A stretch of DNA of 63,992 nt, the filler included, from Octopus bimaculoides (taxonomy: Eukaryota): NCBI RefSeq assembly GCF_001194135.2. It is 6 parts of 5 records of this genome, joined end to end, with 100 filler letters (N's around TTAATTAATTAA, not from the genome) between each part and the next. Parts side by side here need not be neighbours in the genome. Positions count along the whole stretch, not along the records: positions 30,582 to 50,355 come from NC_068997.1; 5 more parts are not named here. One strand, given 5' to 3'. The position numbers and the translations under genes are program-made. Under the pieces are notes generated by a model that was not told the origin of the DNA, made no database searches, and saw nothing but the letters and a program-made list of their open reading frames with translations. Each line of letters opens with the position of its first letter. The first letter of the stretch is position 1. Shown here piece after piece: positions 37,478 to 50,355 of this stretch.

Positions 37478-37917
37478 TTCATTAATTTCCATAAAAAATT
37501 TTTATTTATCTACTTTTGTTTTAAAGTGAAAGAGAGGAGAAAGAGAAAAATATGTGAATGTGTATATGAAATGGACATGTGCGTGTGTGTGTGTGAGAGA
37601 GTGAGAGTGCCACTTACACATACATGAGTCACTCACTCTCTCTCATATACACACACATACACACATGTACATACAAAAAGATGTAAGCATATGTATTGAT
37701 ATATATGTACGTATACATGACAACACACCCCTTCAGTCATTCTCTTTCTCTCTCTCTCTCTCTTTCTCCCTTCCTCTCTCTCTCTCTCTTTCTCCCTCCC
37801 TCTCTCTCTCTCACACACACACACATCCATTTCATATACACGTACATACATCTTTTATTTTCTGCTCTCTTTCATTTTAAAACAAAAGTAAATAAATAAA
37901 AGTTTTTTTCTAATGAA
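37478..37917. mobile_element. Foldback/MITE-like element with ~120-bp inverted arms
   Basis: Left arm ...tttttatttatctacttttgttttaaagtgaaagagag...gtatatgaaatgga matches the reverse complement of ~37800-37917. A related single arm lies at ~36730-36900. Confidence 0.65.
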
Positions 37918-38757
37918 TGCAGATGACAGTTCTGCAAGTCAAAACGAAAGATCACCTAAGCAATTTTCTTTATTAATATACAGATGTGAAATTTGGAGAA
38001 ACATTACTTTCATTATTCACACATCATCAGTCTCATAATTGAACACTGTAATTTTGGTTCAAATTGAAAGTGTGAAACTATTTTCACTTTCTAATGAAAC
38101 CTGGTCATTGTAACTTTCAATATCAGTGCATTTCACTGTTGGGTGGGGGTAAAGTCACATACATATACTAAGACACACACACACAGGCATACATTAACGC
38201 ACACCTGAAGCCTATCTCTGTCCCTGTGTGTGTCTGTCTGTCATTAGATGTGTGTGTGTCAGTCGTCACAAAAATGTATGTATACTGACAGACACAAACA
38301 CTGTCACACATATACTTGTCAGTCATCAGTCTAACGTACGTAACAAACACGTGAACACACTCATATAGAAAATATGATGTCATCATCGTTGTGGTGGTTG
38401 TGGTAAAAGATGTCGTTTATGATAGGTGACTAAAAAAAAATGATAATGATAAATTTTTGTAATGCAAATAAGTGAATGAAAATATAGTTTAGTTGGTAGT
38501 CAAAAGCTTACTGAATCTTTTGATGCCCCATACGGCAAAATCAGTAATTTGGTTTCGGAATGCATAAGGAACATACGTACACATACATACAAACTCTCTT
38601 TTATATATATATATATATTTAATACATATATATATAATATAATGTATATATGTATGCATGAATGTGCAAGTAAATGTGCATATTATATATGTGTGTATCC
38701 AGATAATTAGTGGTGCATAAATAGCAATAAAAAGACAAACAAAAGCCATGCACTTAC

Positions 38758-38838
38758 CAGCAGCTGTTGTCAGTAAGAAGTAAGTGAAATCAGCAAAAAC
38801 TTCCAGTTCTTTGCGAAAGTGTATCCATGATCTCATAC
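38758..38838 (-). CDS. PEX10: Internal exon of peroxisome biogenesis factor 10 (exon 2 equivalent)
   Basis: Acceptor tcttcttatatacAG and donor GTAAGT; 81 bp, phase 1/1. Encodes (G)MRSWIHFRKELEVFADFTYFLLTTAA(G), which aligns without gaps to recalled human PEX10 [28 protein letters not shown]. I did not find the other exons. Confidence 0.8.
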
Positions 38839-39269
38839 CTGTATATAAGAAGAGACAATGAAAATAAGAGCAGTTAGCATATTTTTATATCCTGGTGTTG
38901 GATATATAATTTAATGAAGTAGGGGGAAAGAAAGTATTCACACGACACAATATAATTACTGTTTCATGAGGTTACACACTCTCTGCCAATGGCTCACAGT
39001 GAACTGCTTACGATCAATTGCTGACAGTTCTTTATTTCATAGCAATGGGTCAGTCCACTTTTAGTTACTTGGGTGATGGTCGGAATCCTTCCACAACACA
39101 TATGAGGGAAAAGTTAGTTTTAATTCACATACTGTTAGCCCTAATCAACCAGAATTATTTTCAAATACATTCTTGTCATGACCATACTGTACCTTTTAAA
39201 GATGGGTGGAAAGTAAGCAAGACAAGCAGACTTGGTTTGTGGAATATGCGTCTGCACTCCTTTAAAACG

Positions 39270-39560
39270 TTAGATGGTACCTTTAAATGTCAGCTCTGTG
39301 GCCTGTTATATATAGGAAAAATCAGCCATAGGTTAGTAGATCGTATCACTGAATATTTTACATGACATTCACCTAAACAAGACCACATGACCCATTAGGT
39401 GCAACTTCAGCTCACTTGCACATACTATTTCCATTCTTTCAACCAGTAGCATTATTTCATACTATAGATTCCCTTCTTCACTCTAGTAAAAAGAAAAATA
39501 CCTCATCTTCCACCATAGCTGCTCTATCTCATCAGGTATGAATAGTGATCATGATAACAT
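39270..39560 (+). mobile_element. Decayed Penelope-like GIY-YIG remnant
   Basis: KCQLCGLLYIGKISHRLVDRITEY resembles CxxCxxxYIGETxRxLxxRxxEH. Downstream KYLIFHH...SGMN resembles the PLE C-terminus. Stop codons present. Confidence 0.55.
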
Positions 39561-39913
39561 AACTACATCCTTCCACACTGCATTCCAAATTATTACATTC
39601 ATCCCACACTTTTATACACCTAACTCACAAACCACATGCACCAGATGCATGCGCTTTACCAGATGATGGCTAAAACATTATTAAATGATATATGAAACAA
39701 TACATTGTATCAGTATTATTTCAGCCATATTGGTAAGTGTTGATTCATCAGGTATAAGCACAAAGGGTTAGCATAATGAACAAATGTAATAACAACACAA
39801 AACCATATAGCAGTAGGCAGAATAGGGTACTATGCAGTGGAACTTAATGCAGAACCATGTGGGTCAGAAGCAAACTTCTTACTACACAGTCATGCCTGCA
39901 CCTTCGCATTACC

Positions 39914-40325
39914 TTCTATTTTTAACTTGTTTCAGTCATTAGACTGTGGCCATGCTGGGGCACCACCTTGAAAGATTTTGTCAAACAAGTTGGCCCCAGT
40001 GCTTCTTTGTTTTAAGCCTGGTACTTATTGTATCAGGTTCTTTTACCGAACTGCTAAGGTATGAGGGTGTAAACACACCAACACCAGTTGCCAAGCAGTG
40101 GTGGGGGGACAAACATAGACACAAAGACACACACTCACGCATACATATATATATATATATACAATGGGCTTTTTTTTCAGTTTCTGTCTACAAAATCCAC
40201 TCAAAAGGCTTTGGTTGGCCCAAGGCTACAAAATAGAAAACACTTGCCCAAGGCACAATGCAGTGGAACTAAACCTGGAAACTTATGGGTGGGAACCAAA
40301 CTTATTACCACATAGGAAAGCCTGC
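39914..40325 (-). mobile_element. SINE family A, full-length, diverged
   Basis: All A modules present; tail ggtggtgccccagcatggccacagtctaatgactgaaacaag. Confidence 0.85.
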
Positions 40326-40568
40326 AACTTCATATTAGTGAATGGTTTATTTACACAACCATCTGCAACAGGTGTGCATATATCTACCTCAATATTTCTG
40401 TAAAAATTTGAGAATGTTATTATATGCATGTACCAATGTGTCTCTATGTATGTTATTTTGTCTTTTAACTGTATGTTAATTTTCAATTTTAACTAAATAT
40501 ATATTATTGATTATCTTATTAACAACTAGCAGAAACACCTGGCGTTGCTCAGGATTGAAATGACATAA

Positions 40569-40603
<35 letters not shown>

Positions 40604-40989
40604 CAGTTAAGTTGAAACATGTGATACAGGGAAGTGCAGCATTGATGACAAAACATTTGTGGAGTAAACGGGCTAATTCAACTAAGTGACATGTCATGCA
40701 TCCATATGGAGGATTCCAGGCCCTAACCTGTTATAGAAAATTGGCGGTGGGTGGGTAAGTGATTTTTGAATGCACCTTAAATCTGTCAGCACTGTGGCTA
40801 CCATGACCTATGGTTGACAGTCAAATAAATGTAGGTGTAATGGAGATACTGTATGTAAATGGATACATTCCAGAAAGGGACTGCAATGGGAGACAGCAAT
40901 GGTGAAGTGAACTGTTGAGATGTTGCAGAAGGTGAAGCGTTGACAATGGATTGCTGGTGTGGCTGTAGAATAAGAAACATAAAGTGAGC

Positions 40990-41230
40990 CTATGTAGTCA
41001 CATGAGAATATGTAGTAATGAATTACTTGAAAAAGTAAGGCATAATGGCTTACTGCGTGGTTGGTGGGAGTAATTGGAGAATATGCTTTGATATTGAAGC
41101 CCATGAAGGAAACTGCTTTGTTGGTGCAGTCTTTAGGACTATTGATATTATGCTGTGGAATACCAAAGTGGTATACATCTTCACCATTCACTAAGAGCAG
41201 TGGATACTGGAGTGCATCATAGGATATAGT
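40990..41230 (-). pseudogene. Helitron Rep N-terminal fragment (outer element, resumed)
   Basis: SYDALQYPLLLVNGEDVYHFGIP duplicates the SYDALQYPLVFVNGEDGYRFGIP motif in ORF 44379-44801. Confidence 0.75.
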
Positions 41231-41235
41231 AATTC

Positions 41236-44200
41236 CTACAAAACCTCTTGGTAAACAATATTCTTTGTTTTTCCTTGTGGAACATATGCAAAACAGATAT
41301 TTTTTGACTCCCACTCTAAAGCAGCCAACATATAATTACCTGTGTGAGAAGCACAACTTTTCCAAGTGAAGTCCTACCACAGACAGTGTCTGATCCTGGG
41401 ATTTATTGATAGACATTGAAAAGCTAATACGAATGGGAAATTGCATTCTTCTGAATGAAAAAGGAATTTTTCATGAGAGGAAGCCTGGGTATGAAAACGT
41501 TCCCTTCTTCTCCATATTCAGACAGGATGACGGCTTCAATAACATATGGCATCATCTTCCTACCACCAGGCTTGTCCCATTGCAGTGTGTTGGTGGATCC
41601 AAATTCCTCAATAGCATTACTGGAGTTCCCACTTTAAGTTCCAATCTGTGGGGAGGTAGTCCTAGAGGCTCCAATGCATTGAAAAATTCTGTTGAATAAT
41701 TTACCACCTTTTCTATATCTGTCATTGTATCAACTGACTTATAGATGTGAGGATATCCAGGAAGGCACTGCAGCAGCTGCTCATTAATTTTACTTACAGT
41801 GCTGTTTTCTGGAGCCAGTATTGCTCTTTCACACAGCCAATTGAGATTGTGATAATTTTCCTTCAGATTGGGAAACACCAGGGCTTTAAGATCATCAACA
41901 TTATTAACAACGGTGCAAAATGGGCTGAGTGGCATTTCTCTGTCTTCATAGAGAGGTATCTTGCTATCAACAAGTGTCAAAATGTCCTTAGCAAATTTTG
42001 CTGACAGTTGGTCTCTGTACTGTTCAGCTCTCATGTTGGTGTTAAGAGTCAATGTTGTGACCTGGTGCTACATTGGAGAGGACTTCATCTGCCCTGGTTC
42101 CTTTGGGAATGACTGGAAGAATCTGCTTGAAAACCCCAGACAACAGGAGTGTAACACTTCCCATTGGATTCTGACAATCTCTGATGTCTTTTAAAGTTTT
42201 ATCAAGTGCTTCAAAAGCTCCTTTGTGTGCCATGGTTCATTCATCCCACACAATGTGCTGGCACCTTCTTAACACTTGTGCCTTGTCTGAGCTCTTGCTG
42301 ATGTTACAAGTAGGTGTGTCAGATGTTGCCAAATTCAGAGGATGCTTAAAGGTTGAGTATGCTGTCCTGCCACTAGGCAGCAAAGTTGTAGCAATCCCAG
42401 AGGATGCCACAGCTAACATGTCCTTGTGCTGCCTAACTTGGGCAAGGAGAAGTTTTGTCACCAATACTTTTCATGTCCCTGCAGGTGCATCCAAGAAAAA
42501 AATGCCTCCTTTTTGGTGATGCACACAGTCAACAATAGTGTTGTAAGCATGTTGCTGGTCTGGAAGCAGTTTTGGCTCAGTTTCAGTGACATATCTGGCA
42601 AGAGCATTAATGTCATAGGATGTTTCTTGCTGGATATCTGTGAGAAGGGTATTTGGCAGCAGGCCATATGTGGGCAAAACATTTTCACCCATTAAAACAA
42701 TCTTGTCTTCTATGTCAATTAATGCTTTATTATAGATTTCGTAACTGAAACTAACTTCTATGACAGGAAACTGCAATTGTGCTTGATGTTTCAAATCTTC
42801 AGACAAGTCATCTCTGTACTTGAGCCACAAAGAGGCAGGATCATACAGTTCACATGTTAGCAATAATACTGCAAATAGTGCTATGAGACTTCTAAGTGAC
42901 TGTAATACAGCAGCCTCTGCCAGAGATGCATCCCATCTTCTAGCAGTCTGTGTTATAAGCAAGCTTCCCTATATGTAGCACAAAGTTGTCCATCAAGTTT
43001 TTAGATCTTGGAAACACATTGGTCCTCTGACCTCAAGCAGTAGCAGATAGATATAGAAACACTCATGTTGGCTGGGATGCATTGTGTAAACTCTCCCCAG
43101 GCAATTGTCAAAATTTTTGCCAGGCTGTTCATCAGCATCTTGACCTGCATTTCTTTGTGTCCATGTCTTCTTGTTCCAGGTGTAGTAAGATTGTACATGG
43201 GGATACAGCAAGGTTTGAGCAAATGAATCTACTTGACAAAGTTTGAAAAACACAGTGAAGGTAGTGTCCTTTGGTTCCTGTGCCAATTGAGCAGCATTAG
43301 CATCAGTGAAGTACACTGTTTGATGGTTTCCAGGTGCACAGTAACCTGTTGAATGGCAGGGTGCCTTTGGTGTAGTGGAAAATCAAAAACGTGCCGGAAG
43401 ACCTCGTTGCTACTGATGTATCATCCCACTTGGTATTGTGTTACCTCATCTTGGCTGATTGTTTTGTTGAAGGCCAAACATGGCAGCATCTGAACCCTTG
43501 CTTACATACTTACATACATACTTGATGGACTTCACAGAGTTGCAGAACTCAACAAAGATATGGGCGTTGAATATCTTTAATACGAATGGACTGCATGGGA
43601 CTATCCATCTGTTATCAACCTTGTGTTGACGAAATCTTTGCTGTAAATCCTCCATCCTCTGGTTTCCTTTGACTGTATGATGGATATCCATCATCACCAG
43701 TCTTGTGTTTCAAACATGGAAAGTTTATGTTGAAGCCACACCCACACAGACCAGGCACCAGGTTTGCCTTCACTATCACATACAGTTCCTTGTCAATAGA
43801 TGAATCTGGAAGCTCTGTGCAGAGATAATCTTGTCAATGTCATTGGAATTGATCTTTGTTGATAGCCAAAACAGAATGTAAGCATATGGAAGGCCTCTTT
43901 TTTGCCATTCAATTGTGTACATGTCACATTTTACAGGTCCAAATACCTGCCTTGTCTTGATGGGGTCCATGAGTTAAGTAAATTCAGGCAGAAGACTTTG
44001 GCCAGGAGGTCATGTCTGTCTTTGGCCTTCTGACCTGGGAAGAGTTCATTCTTGATCTCCTTCCACTTTGGATTGCAAGTAAAAGTTATAAATAGGTCAG
44101 GCCTACCTTAATGCCGCACATGTCATAGCATCCTGGGTTCTCTCATGCATGTAACGGGGATCTCTTGTGAAAGTTGATGGCAGGATCCAGACCTGTCCTA

Positions 44201-45731
44201 GGTTTCTGGGAGCCACATCATTGTTGATGCCATCTTGAAGTCTATAACTGTCAGAACACAGCTGCTTCTGATTTAATTGTATGTACAACAATCTCTCTGA
44301 CTCCATTTTTGCAGTCATATCAACTGCAAATTGGTGATAGAGTTGTTGTAAATGTTGGAGGTGATTAAAGCAGTTGACTCAGGTCATGAAGCGATATGCA
44401 TAGAAGTCCATGCAGGAAACTGTCTTTTTTGGTGTTCTTTTCAAGTTTGTATTATGATGTGGAATGCCGAAACGGTATCCATCTTCACCATTCACAAAGA
44501 CCAGTGGATATTGGAGCGCATCGTAGGATGTGTGTCCCACTGATCTACTATCACGCAACTTGAGAACAATGTCTCTTTTCTTGTGTTTGTCACCATGGAG
44601 AACTACAGCAATTTCATTGTGTGTGAGTCCCTTATAGTGACCTGCATGTTCCCCAGATGGCCTTTGGTTAGCATTAAGTGCCACATTAAAATTTGGTGTA
44701 GGTGCTGTTTCCAAGACATATTTGAAACTGTGTACATAGCTGTTTGTCGCTTGAAATTTTAGCGTTAGCTCCAGGTTAGTACATGTGAAATAGAGTTCCA
44801 CTTGACAGCTTGCTCTTGATAGTTGCCAACGAAGTACAGCTGAAGAAATTGAGGCTCTTCATTTGCCAGAGGCTGGAGTGATCCAGTCCAATGATACATT
44901 TGTCCCTGCACTTTGAAAGTGGGCATAAATCCATCTTCCTTGACAATATTTACCCTGAAAGATGTCATATGAAATGCATAATTATATTTTCGGATTTTAT
45001 CCAGAAAATACTTTGTCTCTGGCATTGTACCTGTACAGCTGTGGTGGATCTTTAAGGAGGTACGATTTAACCTTCCCATTGGAGCAACACATTCTAGGAG
45101 TTTCTCCTGACTACTTTTTAGCATTGCAAAACTGGCAAGTGGCAGACATATCACCAATTTTAATATCAGGGTGAATAATATAATTAAGATTAGGATCATA
45201 GTGGAATGCTTTGAATAACCATTGTGAAATGCATGGCCTTGAAATACCCTGCACAGTAGCTTTCTGCTAAGCGATATTCTCTAGCTGATTATGTTGATCT
45301 TCTGTGGTATCTGCAGCATTCCTTCTGTGGTGAATTGCATGCTGTTCTGCATTCTCTACAGCTCTTGCAGCAGCATTCCTTTTATGGCATATAATACACT
45401 ATTCTTGACTCTGTCCAGCACAAGCTGAAGCTGCTAATGCAGCATTCCTGGCCAGGCAAATACTATGCTTCTCATTGTTTTCCATTGCTCTTGCAGTAGC
45501 TGCTGTACATGCAGTATTTTGTGAATGTCTAATTGAACTCTCCTGTGACGATTCATTTGCTCTTCTTTTCAATTTTTCTGCTACTGCTGTTTTTTGACCA
45601 ATGGAGGATCTCTTTGAAAACATTATGTTAATGAATATGATGTAATGAAATAAGATGAAAATATGATGTAATGAAAGATGACAATTGTATGTTAATGAAA
45701 ATTTCAATGAAAAAAGATAATATCTTTGCAA
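41236..45731 (-). pseudogene. Helitron Rep-PIF1 helicase gene, fragmented (inner element)
   Basis: In order: PTFKVQGQMYH, YDALQYPL, ILPSTF, EWQKRGLPYAYIL (mutated HUH), SIKYVCKYVSKG (catalytic Tyr), FFLDAPAGT (Walker A), ASSGIATTLL, IVWDE, GVFKQILPVI, LPPHRLELKVGTPVMLLRNL, and C-terminal KTKNIVYQEVL*. Many stops and frameshifts. Confidence 0.93.
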
Positions 45732-46099
45732 AATTTTTAAAATACATACAATGAACTGAGTTTTTTCAATGGAAAAATTGTTACCTAGTAATGGAATGTT
45801 TTACATTGCACTGGATGTAAGGGAGACAATCAATTTTTGAAAGTTACTTTGCAAAGAGTTACCTCCCTTGTCCATGGTAATTGTACATAATACATGAAAG
45901 GTTGTTTTCTGCTTCCGAGAGCCCTGTTACACATTACGTCAAAAGTTTCAAGAGTTTAAAACCATGTCTGGAACATAAGTAACATATATTTCCAGTTTGG
46001 AGAAAATCAGTTGTGAATTTCAGAAGCTACACAGCTTTACACACATATACACACAATCTGAATTTTATATATACTCACAGGCGTACCCAGGATTGCCCA

Positions 46100-47091
46100 G
46101 GCGTGCCCAGCATTGTTTTTTAAGTATGGCTGGTGAGTGTAGCCGCCAAATAAGTAGAGCTGAAGGAACTGAGATGAGGTAGCGTTATGCAGCTGCAGGG
46201 AACCAATTCTATAGTAAATCTGCCCCTGCACTTTAAAGGAAGGTATGAAATGTCCATCTTGTATGATGTTGGCGCTGAAGAAAGTAATTTGAAATGCACA
46301 GTTGTAAGCACGTATCCGCTTGAGAAAGTCATGAGAATAAGGAGACGCCCCTATCAAAAGATCGGTTAAAAGTGGTGGAAGATCTTGTAGAAGAGCTACT
46401 GTAATCTTACCATTGGAGCAGCACATGCTGGGAGTTTCTCCAGCTCCACAAAATTGGCAGATTGTGGATATGCAACCTATTTGAATGTCATGGTGATTAC
46501 TGTAGTCAATTGTAGGATCATAGTTGAATGTTGTCACTGACCAACATGAGAAGCATGGCCTTCAGTAAGAACATCGTGCAGCCCTTCACTGAGCTGTAAA
46601 CTCCAGTCGTTGTTGTCTTTCCCCTGTGGTCTCCGTAGTGCATACAGCAGCAATTGCTGCAGCATCTCTTGTAAGTCTCTGCAGCTTATGCAGCAGCAGC
46701 TGAAGAAGCATCTCTTGTAAGTCGAATTGCACATTATGCTGCAGTCTCTGGAGCTCACTCAGCAGCAGTTGAGGAAGCATCTCTTGTAAGTCGATCTCCA
46801 CATTGTGCTGCAGTCTCTGAAGCTTGTGCAGCAGCAGTAGAGGAAGCATTTCTTGTTCAGCATGCTGAACGTTGCTTGTTGCTCTGGGCGGCTTGTTGCG
46901 CAGCAATACGTGCTAACTGATCACAACACTGCTCTTCACTTTCCCTTCTTCATGCTGAAGCCATCCTAAGTGCATTGAGAGAATTAGTTCCTCCTGGCGG
47001 TGTCCTCGGCAGATTCATTTGCACGCATATATTTACTATTCTTTGCAGCATTTGTTTGCTGACCTATATTGGATCTTTTGCATCGAGTCAT
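46100..47091 (-). pseudogene. Helitron Rep N-terminal region (outer element)
   Basis: ATG at 47091 (MTRCKRSNIGQ), then a repetitive coiled-coil segment, then ICQFCGAGETPSMCCSNGKI...PSFKVQGQIYYRIGSL...QFLQLY. Confidence 0.85.
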
Positions 47092-48343
47092 GGTGGAAAA
47101 TTATCAGTTTACACAATAGAAAAAGTCCTAAGGAAAAAGCAGTGAATATGTAGCACCCAAAAAATAGTAAAATGTAGTTGGCAAAAATGTTAATGAAACA
47201 GACCGAATTAAGGATTTTTAATTTTGGGTAAGAGTTTTGAAGTGGCTAGTTTAAGTTGGAATAATTATATGAAAAAGAGTGCTCATGTGAAAACAGAGGC
47301 AAATCGTAACTCGCAAATGAATACTGCTGGCAGTACTGTGCAAGCAGTCAATAAGAGCTCGCCACAGCTGACAAAGTAAAGTATTGATTTTTTCCAGCTG
47401 GGTGTGTGTCATATTTTTTATCTGGCTCAAGCCAAATCCTAGGTGAATTGAGAGTAGTCTATTTATGTTGAGGGCGCAGAATTTCAACGACAAAATTATA
47501 AGAAAAAGCGTCCTAAATCAAAGAGAGCACACATGTCAAATTTGATGAAATTCAGTTGAAAATTGTGAGAGTAGAAGTGGTTCACACAACATACACACAG
47601 ACAGAGAGACAACTAGCCTTTTAATATATAAGATATAGATATGTATGAGTATGGGTGTGGTGCATGTCTATATGTATACATTTATTATCTTATTAATAAT
47701 GTATTTATATGCATATGTATATATGTGCATGTGAATATATATATGTTTGTGCGTGTGTATAAATATGCACATCTGAATATAAAGGAATGGAAAATGAGTT
47801 TTCATTCCTTAATCATTCTACACAATTTTAATTACTGCTTCATTTATCTCTACTTATTTCTTCAAAGGATACACATCATGGTAGTAGAACTAGATAGATA
47901 GAATTGATAGCAGGTAGATTGTAAATCAGTTTGAGGTGGAAAGCATTTATGAATAAGCTCTAAGTAAAGAAAGTGGTATCAAACTGAACTGTTGGGGTTT
48001 CGTGACCAAATGACCTTAGAGGAGACACTTGATATTAAGATATAGAAATTATGCAGACATAAAGATAAGTTAAATTACATGTTTTATCAATTAATTTATT
48101 AATTTATCTCGCTATTTGCTAATTTACCTTTTATTTTTCATTTTCTTCATTCATACTATTTCTTGACTTGCTGGTTTATGATGGGTTTTTTTTTGGGGGG
48201 GGGGGGGTTTAACTGTGATGTGCTAATGAAATGATTATAATAGCATCAACATGTGATACATATTCTGCAGAATATGGTTTGATTTAGCAAACCGATTGTG
48301 CATATACCTGAAGAATAAACACCAGTATTGCTTAATCCATACT

Positions 48344-48790
48344 GATCATCATCATCATCCAGTGTTCTAAATCCTGGTTTTTACCCTGTTAACAAGAATA
48401 GCCGGATCTATCTCAATGCCATAGCAACCACCCTCACACCATCTCGCCATCTTGATTGTTTTGGGCGTCCTCCCTTCTCAAGCCAACCCACCCAATTTCT
48501 TCCTCCACTTGTCCCCTCCACATTTTCCTTGGTCTACCTCACTTTCGTGGTCTACCTTGCTTTCGCAGTCCATTTACCTCAAACTCAAACACCATCCTCA
48601 AAACATGCCCATACCACCACACTCCTTCGCCCTTTTGAATTACTGATATAATGTATTATTTCCTATATTATATAATAATATTTTGGCAATGATCTCTGGA
48701 TACAGTGGCAATGCAATAAAGCATGCTACTCAATTCATTCTCTTTTGTTAATATTTTCATATATTCTCTATGGATATTCACAGATTTCTA
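48344..48790 (-). mobile_element. RTE-clade LINE remnant (3' end), a different subfamily
   Basis: Minus strand translates WWYGHVLRM...GRPRK*GRPRKMWRGQVEEE...LRREDA, ends in (GAT)n, and has an upstream HREYMKILTKENE-like piece. Confidence 0.7.
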
Positions 48791-48859
48791 GATGTATCTT
48801 CAATAATACAATCAGTTTTCACTGTAAAATTGTGTCTGATAGATGATACCTGTAGACAG

Positions 48860-50355
48860 GCTTTCTATAGCAAACTACAAAGTTAATACCTGACAGGGAC
48901 CTTCTCTTTGTAGCTGGTGACTTCAACGGTCATGTAGAACATTATGCAGGGGGCTTCCATGGCATTCATGGAGGTTATGGCTTCGGTTCCCGCAATGAGG
49001 AGGGAACCAGACTGCTGGAGTTCTGTGATGCAAATGACCTTATGGTTTGCAATACCAACTTCTGGAAACCAGCCTGTCAGCTAGTCACTTACTGTTCCGG
49101 CAGACACTCTAGTCAAATCGACTACATCCTCGCCAGAAATAGGGAAAAAGGGCAGCTTATAAATGCCAAAACCTTCCCTAGCGAAGAATGTACCCCTCAA
49201 CACAGGTTAGTAGTTAGCGACTTCGAAATCAAGGCAAAAAGAATGCCCAGGTGTAGACTGGCTTGGAGGAGAAGGGTTTGGAAGCTTAAAGATCCTGCAT
49301 ATGGACAGAGATTTAGGGACATACTACTTGAAGCATTTGATGAAATAGAAGGGGATATAGCATCATATAACGTGGAAGACAACTGGAGGTTTCTACAGGA
49401 CAACTTTTTGAGAGCCACCGATCAGATCTGTGGCTGGTGTAAAGTCCCCTCCCGACCCAAAGTAAAGTGGTGGTGGAACAATGTGGTTGACAGGGCTATT
49501 AGAAAAAAGAAACAGGCTTGGAAGGACTGGAAGAACGGAGGTAGCAGGGAATTGTATCAGACTGCCAGAAGGGAAGCTAGGAGACAGGTTTACTTAGCCA
49601 GAGGGGAAGCAGATAAGAAAAAGTTTACCAATGTTCTGTGCCGTGAGGACCAAAGACTTGAAGTATTTCGTGTTGCAAGACAGTGTGTGAGAGAGAATCA
49701 TGATGTCGTGGGAGAGAAATGTGTTCGCATGGATGATGATACACTTGCACTAAATGAGGCTGCAAAGAAAGAGGTTTAGAGACGCCACTACGAAAGATTG
49801 CTCAATAAAGAGAATGAATGGGAGAAAGAGAGTCTGCCAAATGTCGACCCAACAGAGGGACCAGCTATCCGAGTCAACAGTACCATGGTAGATAAAGCAA
49901 TTAAGAGTATGAAGACAAAGAAAGCCCCTGGCCCATCAGGAATCACTGCAAAGATGCTCAAAATATCTGGCAGTGTCGGCTATAGCCTAGTAACCCGTAT
50001 TGCAAACCAGGTGATACACAAAGGAGTCATACCCAATGACTGGTGCAGCAGCACCATAGTCAACTGCTACAAAGGTAAAGGTGACGCTTTAGATACAAAT
50101 AATTACAGAGGTATCAAGCTGTTAGATCAGGTAATGAAAGTCACGGAGAGGGTCATAGCCCAACTTATTAGGGAGCGAATCAATTTAGATGAGATGCAGT
50201 TTGGGTTCGTGGCAAGGAAAAGCACCACTGATGCTATATTTCTGGTAAGACAGCTTCAGGAGAAATATCTAGCCAAGGATAAACCTCTGTAACTGGCTTT
50301 CGTTGACATGGAGAAAGCCTTTGACAGGGTCTACCGATCCCTTATCTGGTGGTCA
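48860..50355 (+). mobile_element. RTE-clade LINE ORF2 fragment (APE endonuclease to RT start)
   Basis: One frame: VAGDFNGHV...GYGFGSRNEEG..LLEFC...SQIDYIL...QHRLVV...KAPGPSGI...YKGKGDAL..NNYRGIKLL...QFGFV..KSTTDAIF...AFVDMEKAFDRV. Two in-frame stops (49777, 50290); ends at a gap. Confidence 0.95.

Larger units (their letters stand above)
40526..47639 (-). mobile_element. Composite/nested Helitron
   Basis: 5' A|TC at 47640/47639, 3' hairpin CCTGAGC-aac-GCCAGG plus CTAG|T at 40526. Contains one near-complete and two partial Rep-helicase coding segments. Confidence 0.9.
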
